This document shows positions 62,790 through 64,000 of a DNA stretch of 64,000 nucleotides, one piece after another. Position 1 is the first letter of the stretch; each line of letters opens with the position of its first letter. The translations under genes were made by a program, and so were the position numbers. Below the pieces are notes generated by a model. That model saw only the letters and a list, made by a program, of their open reading frames with translations. It was not told the DNA's origin and ran no database searches. The DNA comes from Podarcis pityusensis (lineage: Eukaryota). The DNA is taken from the NCBI GenBank assembly GCA_964106645.2, contig OZ067038.1; one strand, given 5' to 3'.

Positions 62790-64000
62790 TCTGGGCTCTG
62801 ACTCTGGGCTTGTCCAGACTTCCTTTTGCCCACCACGTTCCAGGCACAGTTTCCAGATCTGTGTCCGAGCTTTCATTATTATTTTTGTCCCGCCACTGTC
62901 CCCAGGAAAACCCGCTGTTCACCACTGAATCAGAATAAATGGCCATCCACGGAAAGCCCAACTGCTGTTTGCTCCTGTTCAGCAGTAAACAGTGGGTTTT
63001 CCCAGGGAAAACAGTGGGGCAGTGCAAAAGGAAGTCCGGCTGAGCTCTCAATAGAAGTCATATTCCTATGATCTCTGTGGATGCTTTGCATCTCCTTGGT
63101 TTGAGAGACCGTGGTTGGGCCTGAACCTGCGAAGCAGCTTTCACTCAGGCACATCCTATTGTCAGAGCAATTAATGCAGTAGCAACTAATTGCAGACCAT
63201 CTTTCGCTGAATGAGGAGGAGAGACTTCTTCTGGAAGAGGAAAGCCATTTTGGAGAAAGGGGCCTTTTCCTTCTTATCCCCCCGCCCCCCAAGGTGGAGA
63301 GGATGTAAGCAAGGAGTCTGTGCAAAGAACAGCAGATTGACAGGTTGGGTGAGACTGGGGGCTGAGGGAGGGCAGGGAGCAAAGAAGAACTGAGCAGTTC
63401 TCTGCAAGAATCGGATGGCGTTAATACACTTGGTTGTATAGGTCACCTGGTCATATTATTCTTTGTTAGGATGAATGTATTAAATGGGAGCAATTCTTTC
63501 CAAATTTGCATCTAAAAATGAGCGTGCACAATTTCAATGCAAACTGGTGTCCTTTTCCTTGGGGTGATGTGCATTGCCAAAAAAGCCAAAATGTAAAGTG
63601 GGCACTCTATGTGGCCCTGGGTGCCTGTTGTCCTGGAGGCCAGTTGTGGTTGCAGAGGACTTGAGGGAGGTCCGATTGGGTTGCTTAATGCTGTACTTAT
63701 ACTCAGCCTGTATATTTGTAAGCAAACCCAAACATTACAAAAAGCCAATTAGTTTCCAGCAATCTCAATCCAAAGGAAACAGGACCAGTTGGAATCCCTG
63801 ACAACCTGGGAGAATAAAATGTACTGTATTATTCAAGCCCTCTCCCTATGGTAAACTCTGTGCAAATAATATTGCAGGCCAGGTTCTAAGGTTCTCCTTT
63901 TCACACTCATTTAACAATTAGCAGTCTTGAAGGGCAGCCCTACATAGAAATCAGTGCAGCAGTGAATGCTCAAGGTCATGACAGCATATATAATGTTTCT

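Noticed and set aside
62930-63446. 150-aa and 86-aa minus-strand ORFs as exons of a neighbouring gene such as CYP46A1
   Set aside because: No P450 or other recognisable motif; the 150-aa ORF runs into a MITE.
1-64000. CRISPR array, prokaryotic operon or rRNA
   Set aside because: No regularly spaced repeats or rRNA-like sequence; intron-exon structure and the repeat landscape are vertebrate.

Overview
Vertebrate genomic DNA, almost certainly a squamate and most likely a lacertid lizard, judging from Sauria SINEs, BovB/RTE, CR1, L2 and Penelope remnants. The left 26 kb holds the 5' end of EML1 on the minus strand: coding exons 1-4, a cassette exon whose acceptor appears to have shifted, and a CpG-island promoter with an RFX X-box and a perfect 35-bp inverted repeat. 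The right part is repeat-rich upstream DNA. Its main feature is a complete, apparently very young Ty3/Gypsy chromovirus of the sushi/Tf1 (PEG10/RTL-related) lineage at 43687-49177, with identical 408-bp LTRs, a TAACT TSD and intact gag and pol. It has four unusual properties. (i) There is no tRNA PBS; instead an 11-nt Tf1-style self-priming duplex and a U5/leader stem are present. (ii) A -1 frameshift pseudoknot sits behind a non-canonical slip site. (iii) Pol reads through the PPT and all of U3 into the 3' LTR. (iv) The integrase tail, after a chromodomain with a degenerate aromatic cage, carries two acidic FG-x-(F/L)xGF motifs resembling LEDGF-IBD/TFIIS-N-domain interaction motifs, a candidate host-mimicry integration-targeting system. 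Family names and comparisons with human proteins come from recall and manual reading; no database search was run.
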